DNA of 64,000 bases from Desulforegulaceae bacterium (GTDB taxonomy: Bacteria > Desulfobacterota > Desulfobacteria > Desulfobacterales > JACKCP01), in NCBI GenBank assembly GCA_034006035.1, contig JAVETN010000004.1, positions 128,827 to 192,826 on the forward strand. Reading direction: 5' to 3'. Each line of letters opens with the position of its first letter. Position 1 is the first letter of the stretch. The translations under genes were made by a program, and so were the position numbers. Positions 1 to 9,624 of this stretch are shown piece by piece. Under the pieces are notes generated by a model, which saw nothing but the letters and a program-made list of their open reading frames with translations, was not told the DNA's origin and did not search any database.

Positions 1-1275
1 ATTAAAAGAAACTTTACCTTTATTTGTTTTTAAAGTGATTTCAGAAACTCTTCCAGAGGGAGTTGTTTGGGAGATATAAACTTTGTTAATCTTGGTGGGA
101 CTGCTGAACAATAAATTGGAAAGCTGATCATAAGAAAAAAAAGCCTTCCATTCATTGGCAGGACTGAAATTATCAGTTTTTTGTTTTAAATATGAAAAGT
201 TCTTTTTCCAAAAATATACAGGATCTTCTGTAAAACCTCCGCTGTTTGAATGAAAAGCAGCTAGAACTGGTTTTTCATTAAGCAAAATAAACTCTGAATC
301 TGTTAGTTCTACAGCTTGGGAGGATTTTTCACATATGTTTTCAATCCCTTTGTAAACTTGTGATAAAATTCCTGATTCAAGATGATAGCTGTTTTTTTGG
401 TTTTGTTTAATCATGAAAAGAGCATAGGTTCTTGAGGCTACAGCCTGAGCTTTGAGGGCTTCATCATGCCAGGAGCCGGGCATTTCTGAGGGTACAACAG
501 ATTTTAAATAGGACCCAAGTTCCAAAATATTTATTATTTCAATTTTTCCATTTTTTTGATTAAGAATTAATTTACCTTTGTATCTTTTGCTTTTAAAATT
601 TATAGGAATGTCCTCTGAAGAAATAATTGTATTGTTTTTTAAAGTGTCGATCCCGTTTATTTTAATTGTATTTTCAGGGGAAAGGGAGGCAGATATTTTT
701 TTTGAATTCAGGGGAACTAAATCTATATAAAAAAAGGTTTCAGATGAAAAAGAGCATTGTTTCAGGTTGCCTAAAAGGACTCTTACAGGAATTTTATCTG
801 TTTTAAATGAGTTTTTTGAAACTTCAAGAAGCTCCATTGCTTTTTTTACTCTTATATGGCCGGGGAATTTGGAAACAAAGTTTTCAAGATAATCAAAGCT
901 TTTTTTAAAATTTTGGGTTTCTGCTTCAATTGCTGCAAGGGAAAACATGGCATCTCCTGCAGCTTCGGTTTCAGGGAAAGATTTTAAAATATTTTCCAAG
1001 GCAGCTTTTGATTTGTGAATATCTGCGTCTTTTTTCCATAGGATCATTGAGTATAAAAAAAGAGCATTGGCCTGTTTTTCCTTGTGAAAGTGGTTGTTTG
1101 CAGTTATCGAAAGGTATTTTTCCCTTGCTTTTACCACCTCATTTTCAAGGATATATTTTCTGGCGTCTTCCATGGATTGAATATATAATGGTTGAGAAAA
1201 AATCCCAGTTGAAATAAGTATAAAATACAAGAAAATAAAAACTACTTTTAAACTCAAAATTATTTTAGTCGACAT
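1..1275 (-). CDS. SpoIID/LytB-domain protein with a hydrophobic N-terminus and a TPR-like segment. Partial: the C-terminus runs off the window start.
   Basis: My own minus-strand translation from ATG 1275..1273 gives MSTKIILSLKVVFIFLYFILIS..., then ...WHDEALKAQAVASRTYAL... and ...AAFHSNSGGFTE..., which are SpoIID/LytB hallmark motifs. I checked the frame open by hand over positions 1-90. It is absent from the ORF track, presumably because it has no in-window stop. Confidence 0.7.
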   Translation of the reverse strand, partial: MSTKIILSLKVVFIFLYFILISTGIFSQPLYIQSMEDARKYILENEVVKAREKYLSITANNHFHKEKQANALFLYSMILWKKDADIHKSKAALENILKSFPETEAAGDAMFSLAAIEAETQNFKKSFDYLENFVSKFPGHIRVKKAMELLEVSKNSFKTDKIPVRVLLGNLKQCSFSSETFFYIDLVPLNSKKISASLSPENTIKINGIDTLKNNTIISSEDIPINFKSKRYKGKLILNQKNGKIEIINILELGSYLKSVVPSEMPGSWHDEALKAQAVASRTYALFMIKQNQKNSYHLESGILSQVYKGIENICEKSSQAVELTDSEFILLNEKPVLAAFHSNSGGFTEDPVYFWKKNFSYLKQKTDNFSPANEWKAFFSYDQLSNLLFSSPTKINKVYISQTTPSGRVSEITLKTNKGKVSFN

Positions 1276-1276
1276 A

Positions 1277-2068
1277 ATGAAATATTTATTTTCCCTTTCA
1301 AGTAAAATAGGACGAAGTTTTTTAAATTACCTGGACTATATTTTTTCTTTATCCGGATTACTATACTGTATTTTAAAAATATTTGTAAAAGGAAATTATT
1401 CAGGAAAGAAGCTTGTACGGCTTGGAATAATTGAGCAGATTTATTTTACCGCTGTCCAGGCCTTAAGAATCATTATTCCCATAGCCCTTGTAATTGGGAC
1501 TGCTTTTTTTCTTCAGTTTTCAAAAATTGCAGATCAATATGATTTGGGTAAGCTTGCCGCTGTTATTCTTTTAAGGGAGTTAGGACCTATGATTGCTGCT
1601 GTGGTGGTTATTTTAAGATCTGCCACAGCTGTTACAACCGAAATTGGATATATGAATGTTCAAGGCGAAATGGATGCTATCCAGATGGCCGGGGTTGATC
1701 CTTTAGCACTTATCTGCCTTCCAAGGCTTATTGGAATTACAACCGCAATTTTATGCCTTTTTATAGTTTTCAGCCTTGTATCAGTTCTTGGGGGTTTTGC
1801 TTCTGCCTGGATACTTTCAGATATTTCACTTCATAGATTTCTTTTAACCATTGGAAAATCAATTTCATTTTCAGATGTATTTGCTGTTTTATTTAAAGCC
1901 ATGGGTTTTGGAGTTATAATAAGCATTATTTGTCTTTACAGGGGGTTTGAAGCAAAGAACTCAATAACAGAAGTCCCTGTACGGACAGCAAAGGCAGCTG
2001 TTGAATGTTTTTTTTATTGTTTGATTTTCAATGTTCTTATTTCTGTTATATTTATGCTAAGAGGTTAA
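1277..2068 (+). CDS. mlaE: MlaE-family ABC transporter permease
   Basis: LRELGPMIAAVVVILRSATAVTTEIGYMNVQGEMDAIQMAGVDP matches the conserved MlaE/YrbE core. The protein is multi-pass hydrophobic. Confidence 0.8.
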   Translation: MKYLFSLSSKIGRSFLNYLDYIFSLSGLLYCILKIFVKGNYSGKKLVRLGIIEQIYFTAVQALRIIIPIALVIGTAFFLQFSKIADQYDLGKLAAVILLRELGPMIAAVVVILRSATAVTTEIGYMNVQGEMDAIQMAGVDPLALICLPRLIGITTAILCLFIVFSLVSVLGGFASAWILSDISLHRFLLTIGKSISFSDVFAVLFKAMGFGVIISIICLYRGFEAKNSITEVPVRTAKAAVECFFYCLIFNVLISVIFMLRG

Positions 2069-2071
2069 AAA

Positions 2072-2764
2072 ATGGAACAGAAAAAAACAATAATAGAATA
2101 TAAAGACTGTATTATTTCAAATAAAAACCTGACTCTTCCAAGATTTACAATGAGTTTTGAAGAAAGTGAACTTGTTGAAATAAAGTCTTTAGGCGATGAA
2201 ATATCTTCTCTTTTTATAAGAGGGATTTCAACCCTTGCTCCCTTGGAGGGGAAAATTTTTTTCAATGGAAATTCCTACGATCCAATGGATCAAGAAAAAA
2301 TTTTGAAACTAAAAAGAAATCTTGCTTATTTAGGGCCTTTATGTGCTCTTTTAAGCAATCGTAGCCTTTTAGAAAATATTTTATTGTTTAGATTATGGGA
2401 AGAAGATTTAAGAAAAATAAACCCTGATAAAAACTTTATCGCTGATTGTGAAAAGGCAGGAATTTCGGGTTTTCTTTATAAAAGACCTGAGAAGACTACA
2501 GAGGAAATAAAATGCGGAGCATTTCTTGTAAGGGAGTTTTTAAAAAATCCCAAAATTGTTTTTATGGAAAGGCCCTATCTTTTCACAAGGGGAAGGCTTG
2601 ACAGATTTTTACTTGAAAAGCTTGAAAAAGTTTCACAGACAAAAGTACCTATTGTTTATTTTTCAAATTCCGGATTTGTTCCTTCTTTAAAGGTTACCCA
2701 TAAAATAATAATTGAAAAAGAAAAAATTGAAAAAATTAAGGTGAGTAATGGATCTGATGTTTAA
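2072..2764 (+). CDS. ABC-ATPase-like protein with degenerate nucleotide-binding motifs (MlaF position)
   Basis: Sits between the MlaE and MlaD genes, with RBS GAGGT. ABC-fold landmarks are recognisable. Walker A reads KSLGDEISS (no GK[ST]), there is no LSGG signature, and the Walker B position reads IVFMERP. Confidence 0.6.
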   Translation: MEQKKTIIEYKDCIISNKNLTLPRFTMSFEESELVEIKSLGDEISSLFIRGISTLAPLEGKIFFNGNSYDPMDQEKILKLKRNLAYLGPLCALLSNRSLLENILLFRLWEEDLRKINPDKNFIADCEKAGISGFLYKRPEKTTEEIKCGAFLVREFLKNPKIVFMERPYLFTRGRLDRFLLEKLEKVSQTKVPIVYFSNSGFVPSLKVTHKIIIEKEKIEKIKVSNGSDV

Positions 2765-3767
2765 AGACAAAGATAAGATTGTAGGTTTTTTTATTCTGAT
2801 GATAAGCACTTTGCTTTTACTTTCTCTAGTTCTAATAGGAAGGGGAAAAGGGCTTTTTAAAAACTATATTGAATACCATGCTATTTTTGAAGAAACTTAC
2901 AACCTTAAGGAAGGGGCTCCTGTAAAGCTTTTCAATGCAGAAATAGGAAAAGTTAAAGATGTAAAACTTGTTGATGATGATGTAAGGGTTCAAATTCTTA
3001 TTGTTGATGAATATTCAAACCGGGTAAGAGAGTCTTCTTATGTTACAGTTACCAGTCCTACTTTTATAGGTTCTGAATATATAGCCTTGACAAGTCAGGA
3101 TAAAAGCTCCGAGCTTATTCCAGAAGGAGGGCAGATACCTTCAATAGAAAAAACTTCATTTTCAGATCTTATGGACGAGTTTCAAGTTGAGAAAACTGCC
3201 AAAAAATTTGTTGAGACAGTTTATGATCTGTCTGAGATGGCCAAGAAATTAAATTCAGATCAAGGGCCTGTTTTTTCTATTTTGTCTGATATTGAAACAA
3301 TTGTTCATGATATAGAAAGCGGCAAAGGAAACCTAGGTGAAATTCTAAGAACTTCTAAAATAACAGATCAATTGGAAGCTAGGCTTGTGCAGATTGAAAA
3401 AATACTTGGAGATGTAAAAATTGCTGTTTCTAAAACTCCCTATACAATGGATCTTGTAAATGAAAATCTTGAAAGGGTGGGTAAAATAGGAAAAAATATT
3501 GAATTGAGTTCTGAAAATATCAATCTTATGGTTAATGAACTCAGGGTTAAGCTCAATGAAATTAGTACAATAATTTCAAATATAGAAAAAGGAAGTGAAA
3601 CTGTTCCTGCTATTACTGCAACAGCTCTAAATGGTCTTCAGGAAGTAAGAGAGGGAGTAAGAAAAATAGACAATACAATAGAAGCCCTCCAAAAAACCTT
3701 CATAATTAGAAATAAACTGCCTGAAAGACAAGAACCTGAACAATATAAGTTAGATTTAAGGCCTTGA
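2748..3767 (+). CDS. MlaD/MCE-domain protein with a long helical C-terminal extension
   Basis: N-terminal TM segment, then an MCE-like core (YHAIFEETYNLKEGAPVKLFNAEIGKVKDVKL...TSPTFIGSEYIALT), then about 200 aa of helix-like sequence. RBS AAGGTGAG. Overlaps the previous gene by 17 nt. Confidence 0.8.
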   Translation: MDLMFKDKDKIVGFFILMISTLLLLSLVLIGRGKGLFKNYIEYHAIFEETYNLKEGAPVKLFNAEIGKVKDVKLVDDDVRVQILIVDEYSNRVRESSYVTVTSPTFIGSEYIALTSQDKSSELIPEGGQIPSIEKTSFSDLMDEFQVEKTAKKFVETVYDLSEMAKKLNSDQGPVFSILSDIETIVHDIESGKGNLGEILRTSKITDQLEARLVQIEKILGDVKIAVSKTPYTMDLVNENLERVGKIGKNIELSSENINLMVNELRVKLNEISTIISNIEKGSETVPAITATALNGLQEVREGVRKIDNTIEALQKTFIIRNKLPERQEPEQYKLDLRP

Positions 3768-3788
3768 TTATCAGGATGAATTGATAAT

Positions 3789-4553
3789 TTAAAAAGGTTT
3801 TAAAAACTCCATAATTTTCTTAAAGCAGATTTCCGATTTTTTTGAAGGGGTAATTGTTGAAAAAATTATTTCTGGGATCTGCTTTTTTTTTACCTGCTCA
3901 ATGGAAAATTTGAAATTCAAGTCAAAAACCCAGCTCATTTGGGAAAGTTTAAGATCGGTCAGAGATTTTACTGCTGTTATTGAAGCAGGTTTGTGATTTA
4001 AAATATCTGAAATAATTTTTGGAGAAATCTCACCTGAATCTTCAAAATTCATTGAAATTATTTTTGAGTTTTTATTGGTTCCAAGGTAATTTTGGCAAAC
4101 AACCCTGTATATATCAAGTTTATCAGCATCCCTTAAAATTTTTAGGAAAAAAGATTTTATATGTTTTTTTGATTGTTTAAATTCAGGCATCTTTTTTTTG
4201 TTATGGAAAAAAAGAGAGCTTAAAAACACGTCTCTTTTTTCCTTCTCAATTTTAAAAACAAGATTTGTTCTTATTGCTTCCAGTACAGATTTTTTTCCAT
4301 GATCACAGGAGATAAGATCATTAAATGTTTTAAATTCTGCAAATTGGGGGAATCTTCCCATATCATGAAAAAGTCCTATTAATTCACAAAACTTAAGCTC
4401 TTCGCTTGTCAGACAAAGTTTTTCCCCAATTTTTACTGCTTCAACAGCAACATTTTTACAATGAATTTCCTTAAGGTGGAAAGCTTCATAAAATTGAGGA
4501 AATCTGGTTTTAAATTCAAGTGAATAGTTTGTAAAAAATTTTATATAGTCCAT
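3789..4553 (-). CDS. HD-domain metal-dependent phosphohydrolase
   Basis: GLFHDMGR (HD motif), a later DHGKKS, and RDADKLD near the C-terminal half. Confidence 0.7.
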   Translation of the reverse strand: MDYIKFFTNYSLEFKTRFPQFYEAFHLKEIHCKNVAVEAVKIGEKLCLTSEELKFCELIGLFHDMGRFPQFAEFKTFNDLISCDHGKKSVLEAIRTNLVFKIEKEKRDVFLSSLFFHNKKKMPEFKQSKKHIKSFFLKILRDADKLDIYRVVCQNYLGTNKNSKIISMNFEDSGEISPKIISDILNHKPASITAVKSLTDLKLSQMSWVFDLNFKFSIEQVKKKQIPEIIFSTITPSKKSEICFKKIMEFLKPF

Positions 4554-4790
4554 AAATTTACTCTTGTTCTTTGTTGATCTTTTTTTATTTCAAGCTTATC
4601 TATAGTACATATTTCAAGTAAATCCAAATATACTTAAGCTTGAATTCATTGATTTTCAAGGTGACTGACTTTTGGGAAGGACTGGAAGTGTTATGAATGT
4701 GATTATCAGAACAAATTGACAGATAATATTGCTTTTTTTAAAGAAGTAAGATAAATTTTTACTTATCCAAAAATATCTAATGGGCTTAAT

Positions 4791-5885
4791 ATGCTTAAAA
4801 AATTTCTTTTTGTCTTTATACTGGTTGTTTTCACATCATGTGTTTTTTCTGATAAAAGGTCGGAAGACATCCTAAGGTTTGATTATACCTTTGAAGAGTT
4901 AAGGGATAGTGCCCTTCTTCCATCTTGGTTTTTAAACCCTTCGCCTGGAAAACTAGTAGGATCTATTGGAATGGCAAGAACTGTTTCTGTTGGAGGCGAT
5001 CCTGAGTATTATTCAAGAAAATATGCCTTAGACGGGATCCTTGATTATTATGGTGTAAAAGTGGACAATGATAATCAAAACTATAAAGATATTTTAAGTG
5101 GAGAAAAAAACACTGCAATTTTAGGCGGTCGAAGTTTTTCCATTCCAAACACTTTAAAATCAAGAGATTATATAATAACAAGGGCTGTTTCAGGAACTTC
5201 CGGGAGCTTTCAAAAAGATTCTTTAAGCCATAACTTTTCCCCCTATGATTGTAAACCCGGCTGGATTTGTTCGCCGGGCTCAGGGGAGTTGGGAGGAGTT
5301 CTTGGAGTAAGCTATCGTGCAACCTCTCCCCAGCGTCAGTATGAACTTGCCATAGAAAATGGTCTTCTTTTGCTTAAATATTCTTATGGTGTCGATGTTT
5401 CAGGAACCGAGGAAATAAGAAGGATCAGGAGCGGAACAGGGGTTTTAAGGCTTAGGAAGAATGCCTTAAGTGTTAAGATGATTGATAATAAAGATAGAAT
5501 AAGACTTTATGTAAAAGAAATCAGGTATTTAGGGGAAACAATCTACCTTCGGCTGGTATCTCCGGATCTTCCAGCTTTTGAGGAAGATAATTCCTGGATA
5601 TATGGAGATTTGAAAGGCGGTTCCATAGGTCAAAGCGGGAGAACAGCATCAAATCTTCTTTCATATCAGATTTACAATGCAGTTGATAAAGCAGTTATGA
5701 GTATGGCAAAAAACAAGGAACTTGGGATTGAGGTAGTAGAAACATTAGCCAAGACTTCAAACTCATCTTTTTTTGATCAATTGATAAAAAGCGATGTTGA
5801 TACAAGGGTTTTTCCTTCTTTGAGAGGGTTTTATCTTGATCGAAATGACAGGGTTATGGTGTGGCTTATGCCAAACAGCTTATAA
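4791..5885 (+). CDS. Lipoprotein with two LPP20-like modules
   Basis: Lipobox VVFTSC. PSWFLNPSPGKLVGSIGMA and PGWICSPGSGELGGVLGVS both resemble the LPP20 N-terminal signature. Confidence 0.55.
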   Translation: MLKKFLFVFILVVFTSCVFSDKRSEDILRFDYTFEELRDSALLPSWFLNPSPGKLVGSIGMARTVSVGGDPEYYSRKYALDGILDYYGVKVDNDNQNYKDILSGEKNTAILGGRSFSIPNTLKSRDYIITRAVSGTSGSFQKDSLSHNFSPYDCKPGWICSPGSGELGGVLGVSYRATSPQRQYELAIENGLLLLKYSYGVDVSGTEEIRRIRSGTGVLRLRKNALSVKMIDNKDRIRLYVKEIRYLGETIYLRLVSPDLPAFEEDNSWIYGDLKGGSIGQSGRTASNLLSYQIYNAVDKAVMSMAKNKELGIEVVETLAKTSNSSFFDQLIKSDVDTRVFPSLRGFYLDRNDRVMVWLMPNSL

Positions 5886-6050
5886 TTTTAGTTTTGTGCT
5901 TTGAGCTTAAATAAAGCGGTAAAGGATCGAAAACAAAAGCTCTTTTTGCCCAGTTCATTTAAAAATTTAAGTTTTGGAACTTAATCTGGAATGGTCAAAA
6001 AAGGCAAGTTTTATTCATTAATAAATTAATTAATTTAAGGAGGATTTCTC

Positions 6051-6623
6051 ATGATTAAAAAGCTGATTGTTTGTTCCCTTGTTTTGTTTGCAGGAGCATT
6101 TTTTCTTTCAAGCTGCGGTGGAAAAAAAGTTGAAAAAGCTGGTATAAACCTTCCGGATTGGGTTATTAATCCAACAATTGAAGGCGGAATAGCTTCCACT
6201 GAATGTGTTGTCTATACAGGCGACATAAGTCTTGACAAAGCTGAAGCCACTGCACTTGGGCGAGCTGATATTGCTAAGCAGATAGACATTAAAGTTAAGG
6301 CAATGGATAAAACTTACCAGAGCAAAGTCAGAACAAAAGATGGTGTATCAGCTGGCGGAGTTTTTGAAAGTGTTTCAAAGCAGATTGCTCAGCAGCAGCT
6401 TAAAGGTGCAAGAGCAATTAAAATGGACCTTATTGAAATTGATGGTAAAAAACAATGGTGTGTAATGGTTGCTCTTGATCCAACTCTTACAGAAAGACTT
6501 TTTAAAGAAATAGTAAAAGAAAGTGCTGTAAATCTTGATCCTCAGGATGAAAGCGTTCTTTATCAGGAATTCAAGGCTTATAAAGCAGGCCAGGAACTTG
6601 ATGCAGAAATAGATAAATTGTAA
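6051..6623 (+). CDS. LPP20-family lipoprotein
   Basis: Strong RBS AAGGAGG. Lipobox FLSSCGG. PDWVINP...GIAS...ALGRADIAKQI pattern. Confidence 0.7.
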   Translation: MIKKLIVCSLVLFAGAFFLSSCGGKKVEKAGINLPDWVINPTIEGGIASTECVVYTGDISLDKAEATALGRADIAKQIDIKVKAMDKTYQSKVRTKDGVSAGGVFESVSKQIAQQQLKGARAIKMDLIEIDGKKQWCVMVALDPTLTERLFKEIVKESAVNLDPQDESVLYQEFKAYKAGQELDAEIDKL

Positions 6624-6639
6624 GATTCTTTATATTATT

Positions 6640-6670
6640 TCCCGGCAGAATTTTGCCGGGATTTTATATT
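6640..6670 (+). terminator. Rho-independent terminator-like hairpin
   Basis: tcccggca / tgccggga 8-bp stem with a 6-nt loop, followed by ttttatatt. Confidence 0.55.
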
Positions 6671-6695
6671 AATACAAAATCCAGAGGGCACTCCA

Positions 6696-7910
6696 ATGAG
6701 AAAAACATTGATAATCAGCCTTTTTTTTATATTTTTAACTCCGGTTTTAATTCCTGCCCAGACAAGCTTTGACGACTTCAAAAAAATTCAGAAATCAGAA
6801 TACAAAGGCTATAAAGATACAATTACTGAAGATTTTGAAAGTTATAAAAAAGAGCTGAAAGAATCCTTTTTAGATTACAAGAAAAAAGCATCTCAAGTCT
6901 GGGGTCAAAAAAATGCTGTAATGCCTGATAAAAAAATATGGGTACAATACAGAGATAATATGAAAGAACGAAATATTGTTGATTTTGAATCAGGGAAGGC
7001 CATAGTTGAAATTGCAGCTGAACCAGATGATGCAAAAGATAAAAAAAAGCTTCTTGAAAAGGTGACAAAAGCTATTGAAAAAGCTGTAACTTCAAAGCCT
7101 GATGAAAGGTCAATAATTGAAATAGCCAAAAATCCCGGAGCTGTTGAAGAAGATCCTAAAAAAGATGCTGTTTTAAAGGATCAGATAAAGAATAAAAAAG
7201 GGGAAATTGTTACAGAAAAAAATGCAGGGGAATTTGCAAAAGAACTTGTAAAAGATAAAAAAGTCAAAGTGAAAAATCTCAAAGGAGATGATGGAAAATC
7301 AAGACTTGTGGTAAGTGTGGATTTTCCTCTTGTTCCAGATCACCTTAAGAAAAGAGTTGATAAGTACAAGGCTCTTGTATTTAAGGAATCAAAAAGACGC
7401 TCCATTGAATCCAAACTTGTTTTTGCTTTAATGGAAACAGAAAGTGCTTTTAATCCCACAGCTAAATCTCCAGTTCCTGCCTTTGGGCTGATGCAGCTTG
7501 TTCCTGTAAGCGGAGGAAGGGATGCCTATAAATTTGTTCATGGAAAAGATCAGGCTCCAACTGATCGGTTTTTATACCAGCCTCCAAATAATGTTGAGCT
7601 TGGAACAGCTTATCTTTATATTTTGTATTACAGGTATCTGGCTCAAATAAAAGATCAGGAATCCAGACTTTGGTGTGCAATAGCTTCATACAACACAGGA
7701 GTTGGTAATCTCTTAAATACTTTTGCAGGTAAGTATTCCAGAAATAAATTCAAAAACAGAAGTGAATGGAGAAATAAAGGTTTTGGGAAAATAAATACAA
7801 TGAATTCTGAAGAAGTTTTTAATTACCTTAAAAAGAATCTTCCATACGAGGAAACAAGAAATTATGTGGTAAAAGTAAGGGAAAGAATGCCTAAATACAG
7901 TTCCAATTAA
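6696..7910 (+). CDS. mltC: MltC-like membrane-bound lytic murein transglycosylase (SPase-I type signal, no lipobox Cys)
   Basis: LVFALMETESAFNPTAKSPVPAFGLMQLVP...GTAYLYIL...ASYNTGVGN...TRNYVVKV aligns along the E. coli MltC SLT domain, including the catalytic Glu. The region preceding it also resembles the MltC N-terminal domain. Confidence 0.85.
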   Translation: MRKTLIISLFFIFLTPVLIPAQTSFDDFKKIQKSEYKGYKDTITEDFESYKKELKESFLDYKKKASQVWGQKNAVMPDKKIWVQYRDNMKERNIVDFESGKAIVEIAAEPDDAKDKKKLLEKVTKAIEKAVTSKPDERSIIEIAKNPGAVEEDPKKDAVLKDQIKNKKGEIVTEKNAGEFAKELVKDKKVKVKNLKGDDGKSRLVVSVDFPLVPDHLKKRVDKYKALVFKESKRRSIESKLVFALMETESAFNPTAKSPVPAFGLMQLVPVSGGRDAYKFVHGKDQAPTDRFLYQPPNNVELGTAYLYILYYRYLAQIKDQESRLWCAIASYNTGVGNLLNTFAGKYSRNKFKNRSEWRNKGFGKINTMNSEEVFNYLKKNLPYEETRNYVVKVRERMPKYSSN

Positions 7911-7928
7911 TGATTTTAGGGAGAGGAA

Positions 7929-9611
7929 ATGCAAGCTGAAAAAAGCTTTAAATTTCAATTGCTTATATTGTTTTTTTGTATTGTTGTTGCTGGTTCAGGC
8001 TGTGCTACTTATGGTCAGGGCGTTAAAAAAACCTTGGATTTGGTTAAGCAGGAGAATTTCTGCCTTGCTGAAGAAGAGCTTAAAAAAGCTTTAAAGCCTG
8101 ATGGAGACGACAGATTTTTGTACCATGTGGAGCTTGGTTCAATAACAAGGCTTGGCAGACAATACTCAGTCAGTAATGAATATTTTGAAACAGCAGAAAG
8201 AATTGCTGAAGATCTTTATACAAAAAGAAGCAAAGATGTCTTAAGTTCAATGCTTTTAAATCCAAGACAGAGCCCTTATCAGGGCAATGACCATGAACAT
8301 ATTTATATTAATTATTTTAAAGCATTAAACCATATGGATTTGGGGCTTTCAGGTCTTCTTGAGCCAAACACCAGTTTTGAAAATGCAAGAATTGAGCTGA
8401 GACGATTGGATTACAAGCTTAAGTCTTATGAATTTGACAAAGGCAATTATAAGGAAGTTGAAGATAAAAAGAAAAAAACTTTTGTAAGGCTTTTGGATAT
8501 TTTCAGCAAGCTCCAGGGGAATTGGCTGGACAAAGACTGGCTTAAGTTCAGAGAAGATGCTTTTGCAAGATATGTTTCAGGTATTATTTATGAGATCAGC
8601 GGAATGTATGATGATGCAAGAATAAGCTATAACAATGCTGCTCAACTTTATGAAGAAGGGTATGTTAAACAATATTCTCTTGACCCTCAAATCATTGAAA
8701 GAGCCTGGTTTGATACTGTAAGAATGATGATTAAGTCAAGAAGCTATAGCAAGAGTGAATGGAAAAGTTTTGCATCAAAAAAGCTTTGTCCTGAAAAAAT
8801 AAAAGCACTGGAAGAATATTGTCTGTCAAATGGGGAGATAGTTGTAATTGAGCATTTGGGGCTTTCTCCTGAAAGAAAAGAGCTTAATCTTCATCTTAAT
8901 GTAGATTTAGACTCAAAATCAATTTATATGTATCCGGTTTTAATGGGTTCACCTTCGGATAAAAACGATCAAAGGGCCTGGTTTTTTCTTTTGTATGCAG
9001 ACAAAGGTATCCTCAGCATGGTGAACAACTATTCTTCAGGAGGCCTTTCTAGCACAGTAAAAGGACTTCAAAGGAAAACCATAGGGATTGCTCCCCTCTG
9101 GTCTGTGGCAGAAAACATAGGCCTTATAGGGGCGTTGAGCAGCGGAGGAGTAAGAGTTACGGTTCCTTATTATTCTCCTCTTAAAACAAAGTTTGGAATG
9201 AGTAAAATGGTTGTGAATGGAGAGTTTAAGTTTCTTGTAAAGGGAGAAGATCTAGGACAGATTTCACTTCAAAATCAGCTTCTTAATTCAGGAAAAGACC
9301 TTAATGAAGCTCTTGCCAGGGAAACCTTGAAGAATCTGGTTGCATACCAGTCAGGAAGCGAGTTTGGAGACTTTGCTGTTCTTGGCGGGAAACTTTTTTC
9401 TGCAATCACAAGTGCTGCTGAAACAAGAAACTGGTTAATGCTTCCATCTGAAATAAGAGTTAATAGAATAGATGTTCCACCAGGAGAGCACAGTGTTGAA
9501 ATTACCACCTATGATGTTTCAGGGCAGGTTATTTCCACTTTAAAAGAAAATATAAATATAAATCCCGGGGAAGTTAAAGTTTTGTTTAAACGAACTCTGG
9601 GTAATTATTAA
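7929..9611 (+). CDS. Large lipoprotein of unknown function (helical/TPR-like N-terminal half)
   Basis: RBS GGAGAGGA. Lipobox VAGSGCAT. 560 aa. I recognised no catalytic motif. Confidence 0.55.
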   Translation: MQAEKSFKFQLLILFFCIVVAGSGCATYGQGVKKTLDLVKQENFCLAEEELKKALKPDGDDRFLYHVELGSITRLGRQYSVSNEYFETAERIAEDLYTKRSKDVLSSMLLNPRQSPYQGNDHEHIYINYFKALNHMDLGLSGLLEPNTSFENARIELRRLDYKLKSYEFDKGNYKEVEDKKKKTFVRLLDIFSKLQGNWLDKDWLKFREDAFARYVSGIIYEISGMYDDARISYNNAAQLYEEGYVKQYSLDPQIIERAWFDTVRMMIKSRSYSKSEWKSFASKKLCPEKIKALEEYCLSNGEIVVIEHLGLSPERKELNLHLNVDLDSKSIYMYPVLMGSPSDKNDQRAWFFLLYADKGILSMVNNYSSGGLSSTVKGLQRKTIGIAPLWSVAENIGLIGALSSGGVRVTVPYYSPLKTKFGMSKMVVNGEFKFLVKGEDLGQISLQNQLLNSGKDLNEALARETLKNLVAYQSGSEFGDFAVLGGKLFSAITSAAETRNWLMLPSEIRVNRIDVPPGEHSVEITTYDVSGQVISTLKENININPGEVKVLFKRTLGNY

Positions 9612-9624
9612 TTAAGGAGGATGA

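Noticed and set aside
930-1217. 95-aa plus-strand ORF in the track
   Set aside because: It lies entirely antisense within the longer SpoIID/LytB-type reading frame (1-1275, minus). It has no RBS and a low-complexity composition.
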